Assembly: GCA_031367385.1 (NCBI GenBank)
Contig: JANLPS010000435.1
Coordinates: 1 to 20,554, forward strand
DNA length: 20,554 nucleotides
Origin: Archangium sp.
GTDB taxonomy: Bacteria > Myxococcota > Myxococcia > Myxococcales > Myxococcaceae
Direction of reading: 5' to 3'
Positions 16,436 through 20,554 of this stretch are shown here, piece after piece. Positions within the stretch are counted from its first letter, which is position 1. Each line of letters begins with the position of its first letter. The notes under the pieces were generated by a model. The model was given only the letters and a program-made list of their open reading frames with translations. It was not told the DNA's origin and did not search any database. The position numbers and the translations under genes are program-made.

Positions 16436-17953
16436 GTGATCAGTCATTTGGCGCAACGCCTCACGTTGGTGGGCCTGCTCGTCGTTGTGAGTCTGGGCGC
16501 CGGTGAGGCGCGGGCCCAGTTCGATGGCCTCGACCTCACCGAGCCGACCCCTGCTCCGAAGAAGAATGACAAGCCCGCGGCGCCGAAGAAGGCCGCTGAG
16601 CCCAAGAAGGCCGACGCTCCGGTGGCCGCGCCTGCGCCCGCAGCTGCTGAGAAATCGCTCGAGCTCGACCTCTCGACCACCGCCGATGTGAAGGGCGTGC
16701 TGATCCTGCCTCCAATCGTCAAGGTGACCAGCTCGACCGGCGGCTTCAGCGGTTTCGACACCAAGAAAGTGTCTGAGCGCTTCGACCTCGTCGCGCACAA
16801 GCGCCTGGTGGCCGCGTTCGAAAAGCAGCTCGAGGGCAAGGTCGTGCCGGCTGATCTGACCCAGTCGGTGTTGGTCAAAGAAGGCCTCACGCCGGCCGCG
16901 GTGCGCACGCCCGCCGGGTTGCAGAAGCTCGCGAAGGCCACCAACGTTGCGTACATGGTGCAGACCGAGCTGACCAAGACCGGCGCGCTCGCTGGCGTCA
17001 TCTACGACTCGACGGGCAAGCAGCAGGGGCAGTCGAGCTTCGTCAACAACGCGGCGGGCATCACGCAGAAGCACGCCGATGACATGGCGGCGTATGTGTC
17101 GAAAGAAATCGCCACCGTCTCGAAGGCCGCTGCCGTCGCCGCCGCGGCTGCTGCGGCCGCTGCGACGCCGGTCAAAGAGGCACCGCTGCCGCCTCCAGAA
17201 GACGACGTGCAAGAGGCGCCGGCTGCGTTCGAGGTCGAAGCCAAGACCACCTTCTTCAACCCCGACCCGTCGAAGCCCCGCTTGACCGTCGCGGTGGGCC
17301 CCGGCGCGGTCGCCCGCTCGTTCACGCTCTCGGGAGACAAGGCCGCGTCATTGGCAGAGCTGCGCAGCGGCACCATCGTGGGCCTGGGCGTGTATGCGCA
17401 GGTCAGCCCCCTGCAGTTCATCGCCGCGACCGCCGGCAAGCGCTGGTCAGACTTGGAGCTCGAGGTGAACTGGCGTCGCGCGTTCGTCAGCGCCAAGGGT
17501 ACCCAGGGCAGCGTCGAAGGGCAGACCTGCTCGGTCGCCGATGATGACCTCCAGCTGCGCGGCACCTACCGGTACAAGCTGGGCGACGGCTATCTGCCCT
17601 CCGTGGGCGTCGGCGGCGGCTACAGCCAAGAACGCACCGTCTTCGCGTGTGACTTGCCCGTCTTGAGCACCTCGTACCGTGGCGCCGATGTGCAGCTGCG
17701 CGTTCGCCAGCCGCTCTACAAAGACATGGTCTCGCTCGACCTCGCGGTCGGGCCGCGCTTCTTGTTTTCGGGGCCGTCTGCCACCCCTGGGTTCAGCATC
17801 GGCGGCGAATTGTGGGTCGAGGCCAAGCCGGTCTCGTACTTGTTTGGCCGGGTCGGTGGTCGGGTCTCGCGGTTGCAAGTGTCTGACGGCACGGCGCTGA
17901 CCGTGGTCGACACACGAATGTTCTTCGCTCTTGAAGTCGGGGCTTATTTCTAA
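16436..17953 (+). CDS. Secreted protein with a C-terminal outer-membrane beta-barrel
   Basis: GTG at 16436 with a GAGGT RBS (alternative TTG at 16424). Signal peptide ending EARA, a Pro/Ala/Lys linker, an alpha/beta domain, a poly-Ala linker, then amphipathic beta-strands ending ALEVGAYF (terminal Phe beta-signal). Confidence 0.75.
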   Translation: MISHLAQRLTLVGLLVVVSLGAGEARAQFDGLDLTEPTPAPKKNDKPAAPKKAAEPKKADAPVAAPAPAAAEKSLELDLSTTADVKGVLILPPIVKVTSSTGGFSGFDTKKVSERFDLVAHKRLVAAFEKQLEGKVVPADLTQSVLVKEGLTPAAVRTPAGLQKLAKATNVAYMVQTELTKTGALAGVIYDSTGKQQGQSSFVNNAAGITQKHADDMAAYVSKEIATVSKAAAVAAAAAAAAATPVKEAPLPPPEDDVQEAPAAFEVEAKTTFFNPDPSKPRLTVAVGPGAVARSFTLSGDKAASLAELRSGTIVGLGVYAQVSPLQFIAATAGKRWSDLELEVNWRRAFVSAKGTQGSVEGQTCSVADDDLQLRGTYRYKLGDGYLPSVGVGGGYSQERTVFACDLPVLSTSYRGADVQLRVRQPLYKDMVSLDLAVGPRFLFSGPSATPGFSIGGELWVEAKPVSYLFGRVGGRVSRLQVSDGTALTVVDTRMFFALEVGAYF

Positions 17954-20554
17954 TGCGTATTTCTCCCTACCTCGTCGCGGCCCTGGTGTCGGTGTCGTCG
18001 GTGTCGGCGTATGCCTCGTGTAACCTCAGCAACCCAAGCGACCCCGAGAACGACTGCGACGGCGACGGTTGCAAGATTGGCGCGGGCGGAGCGCTCGACT
18101 GCAACGACAGCCCCGACGGCGGTATCAAGCAGCACAGCGATACCTGCGTGACGGCGAACGTGCCGAACACAGAAGTGTGCGACGGCATCGACAACAACTG
18201 CAGCGGGGCGACCGACGAGGGTGACCCAGGTGGTGGCGCGGCGTGCAGCGTGTCGGGCGCGAAGGGCATCTGCATTCCCGGCGTATTGCATTGCGTCGCC
18301 GGAGCAGTGAAGTGCGTCGCGAACACTGGCCCGCAGACTGAGACCTGCGACGGGTTGGACAATGACTGCGACGGGCTCGTCGACGAAGACCCGGTCGATT
18401 CGGCGAAGAAAATCAACAACACCTGCTTCAGCGGCCCCGGCACCGCCGGCGTCGGGTTGTGCAAGAGCGGCGTGTCGACCTGCAACGCCGCCGTTGGCTC
18501 GGGTACTTCGAGCTTCACCGGCTGTATCGGCGAAGTGGTGGCGACCAACCCACCGGCCAACCCCGAGAGCGGGGCTTCGCTGTGTGACGGCCTCGACAAT
18601 GACTGCGACGGCACCGCCGATGACGGCAACCCCGGTGGTGGCGCGGCGTGCAGCACGGGCCTCATGGGCGTGTGCGCGGCGGGTACTCAGACCTGCCACG
18701 GCGCGATGGGCGTCAAGTGCGACCAGAACACCACCTCGAGCGGAGAAGTCTGCGACGGCCTCGACAACGACTGCGACGGCAGCTTCGACGAGAACGCCAG
18801 CAACAGCGGCAAGCTCACCGGCAGCTGTTACACCGGCGCCAACGGCACCGCGGGCGTGGGCCCTTGCAAGACCGGTCTCGCGCTGTGCGATGCGACCGCG
18901 GGCGCGGGCAGCGCGCACTACGACAGCACGTGTACGGGCCAGGTCACTCCGGTGGCTGAGATCTGCGACACCGTCGACAACGACTGCAACGGCGTGCTCA
19001 ACAACGGCAACCCCGGCGGCGGCGCGGCCTGCGCGTCGGGCAAGCCCGGCATCTGCGGGCCCGGTAAACAGACGTGCAACTCCGGAGGTACCTACACCTG
19101 CGTCGAGAACATCGCAGTGGGCAGCCAGGCCGAGATTTGCGATGCGCAAGACAACGACTGCGACGGGCAGACCGATGAGCAGGGCACCAGCGCGACGCAG
19201 AAACTGGTGAGGAGCTGCTTCGACGGCCCCGGCACCGCGGGCACGGGTATCTGCAAAAATGGTCAGCAAGCGTGCAACGCCACCGTCGTGGGCATGGCGA
19301 GCTACACCGCGTGCAGCCAGTGTGGAGCGACGACTTGCACCACCCAGGTGGTGGCCGAGAGCCCGCCGGCCAGCAATGAGCTGCTCTGCGACAACCGCGA
19401 CGAAGACTGCGATGGCACCAAAGATGACGGCTTCAACCTCGGAGCGATGTGCACGGTCGTGCCCGCCGGCACCGGTATCTGTGCTTTTGGCACCAACGTG
19501 TGCAAGGCCGACAAGAGTGGCACGAGCTGCCAGGCCAATACGCCCGTCGCTGAGAGCTGCAACGGCCTCGACGACAACTGCAACGGCAGCGCCGATGAGG
19601 GTGACCCGGGTGGCGGCGGGGTGTGCAACACGGGGCTCAGCGGCGTCTGCGCTCCCGGCGTGAATCACTGCACCATCGTCGGCGGCGTGAGCGCCGTGCG
19701 CTGCATTCAGAACGTGATGTCGAGCGCAGAAATCTGCGACGGCCTCGACAACAACTGCAATGGCCGGGTCGATGAGAACATCACCGGCGGCGGCATTGGC
19801 AATGCGTGCGATACCGGCAAGGTCGGCGAGTGCCAGGCGGGCACGCTGCAATGCCAGGGCACGCTCGGCATCGTCTGTGTGCAGAACACCGCGTCGACCG
19901 CTGAGATCTGCGACAACAAAGACAACAACTGCAACGGGCAGACTGACGAAGGCGCTCCCGCGCGCAAGTGCTACACCGGCCCCGCCAGCACCCACGGCGG
20001 CACCTGCCCCGGCCCGACCTGCGTCAACGTCGGCGAGTGTAAAATCGGCCTCGAGGCGTGTGACGGCATGGGCGGCTATGTCGGCACCTGCGTCGGCGAG
20101 AAGGGCCCGACCGCCGAGGTCTGTGACGGCAAAGACAACGACTGCAACGGCAGCAACGACAACGGCCTCAGCTTCGACGTCGACAACGACATGTCGAAGG
20201 CCTGCGGCGGCTGCAACGTGCCCGCGGCGCCTGGCTGCGACTGCAACGACAACGACGCGACCATCAAGCCCACCGCGGTCGAGATCTGCGACGCCATCGA
20301 CAACAACTGCAATGGCAAGACCGACGAGAACAGCAGCGGCACGGTGATCACCCGCAACTGCTACAGCGGCCCCGCCAACACCCCCGGCAAGGGCACCTGC
20401 GTGGCCGGCAATCAGAGCTGCAACGCGACCACGGCCGGAGTCGAGTCGTACACGGCTTGCATCGGCGAAGTGAAGCCCACCAACCCGCCCGACGCTGGCG
20501 AAGTGTTCTGCAACGGCCTCGACGATGACTGCGACGGAGTCAAAGACGACGGGT
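17953..20554 (+). CDS. Giant secreted Cys-rich repeat protein (putative metal-binding, MopE-like CDxxDNDCDG repeats), 3' end beyond the right edge
   Basis: Manual translation, absent from the ORF track: the ATG overlaps the upstream stop (TAATG) and the frame is open for 867 codons. Begins MRISPYLVAALVSVSSVSAYASC and has 13 copies of C[DN]xxD[NED][DN]C[DNS]G. Confidence 0.9.
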   Translation, partial: MRISPYLVAALVSVSSVSAYASCNLSNPSDPENDCDGDGCKIGAGGALDCNDSPDGGIKQHSDTCVTANVPNTEVCDGIDNNCSGATDEGDPGGGAACSVSGAKGICIPGVLHCVAGAVKCVANTGPQTETCDGLDNDCDGLVDEDPVDSAKKINNTCFSGPGTAGVGLCKSGVSTCNAAVGSGTSSFTGCIGEVVATNPPANPESGASLCDGLDNDCDGTADDGNPGGGAACSTGLMGVCAAGTQTCHGAMGVKCDQNTTSSGEVCDGLDNDCDGSFDENASNSGKLTGSCYTGANGTAGVGPCKTGLALCDATAGAGSAHYDSTCTGQVTPVAEICDTVDNDCNGVLNNGNPGGGAACASGKPGICGPGKQTCNSGGTYTCVENIAVGSQAEICDAQDNDCDGQTDEQGTSATQKLVRSCFDGPGTAGTGICKNGQQACNATVVGMASYTACSQCGATTCTTQVVAESPPASNELLCDNRDEDCDGTKDDGFNLGAMCTVVPAGTGICAFGTNVCKADKSGTSCQANTPVAESCNGLDDNCNGSADEGDPGGGGVCNTGLSGVCAPGVNHCTIVGGVSAVRCIQNVMSSAEICDGLDNNCNGRVDENITGGGIGNACDTGKVGECQAGTLQCQGTLGIVCVQNTASTAEICDNKDNNCNGQTDEGAPARKCYTGPASTHGGTCPGPTCVNVGECKIGLEACDGMGGYVGTCVGEKGPTAEVCDGKDNDCNGSNDNGLSFDVDNDMSKACGGCNVPAAPGCDCNDNDATIKPTAVEICDAIDNNCNGKTDENSSGTVITRNCYSGPANTPGKGTCVAGNQSCNATTAGVESYTACIGEVKPTNPPDAGEVFCNGLDDDCDGVKDDG
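18172..20553 (+). repeat. 13 intragenic Cys/Asp-rich tandem repeat units of about 55-83 aa
   Basis: Cores such as EVCDGLDNDCDG start near 18172, 18340, 18577, 18745, 18958, 19132, 19381, 19552, 19729, 19903, 20116, 20281 and 20503. Confidence 0.9.

Noticed and set aside
17950..19995. 681-aa minus-strand ORF
   Set aside because: It is the antisense shadow of the plus-strand Cys-repeat gene. Its repetitiveness (AVAVVVEAVA) mirrors the CDGLDNDC codons.
18172..20553. CRISPR-like periodic DNA repeats (tgcgacggcctcgacaac)
   Set aside because: The copies are degenerate at synonymous positions, in frame, and 165-250 bp apart. They are protein-coding repeats and no cas genes are present.
17953..20554. 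Naming the repeat protein CglD or TraA
   Set aside because: No VWA, PA14 or sorting signal is visible in the window and the lipobox is doubtful (AYASC also fits a signal peptidase I site). Orthology cannot be supported.

Overview
A 20.5 kb, high-GC, densely coding bacterial window. The many Cys-rich lipoproteins, the Hanks-type kinase and the CxxxDNDCDG repeat protein suggest Myxococcota, which is an inference. From left to right it contains: a TMTC-like GT-C membrane glycosyltransferase that runs off the left edge; a degenerate alpha/beta hydrolase; cysK with a YjbR/MmcQ gene; a CBM-like lipoprotein; a small surface-polysaccharide cluster (Wzy-like membrane protein, GT4, small lipoprotein, divergent asnB-family amidotransferase); a KefB/C relic; a lipoprotein behind a candidate sigma-54 promoter; a GH13 amylase lipoprotein; and a translationally coupled trio headed by a Cys-rich HEXXH metalloprotease lipoprotein. 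The right end holds four co-oriented genes: a single-domain response regulator, a winged-helix-like pseudokinase (HRD replaced by HHN), an outer-membrane beta-barrel protein, and a giant Cys-rich repeat protein that runs off the right edge and is missing from the ORF track. This last cluster is the best candidate for an uncharacterised signalling plus surface-display system. No rRNA, tRNA, CRISPR array or transposase was recognised.
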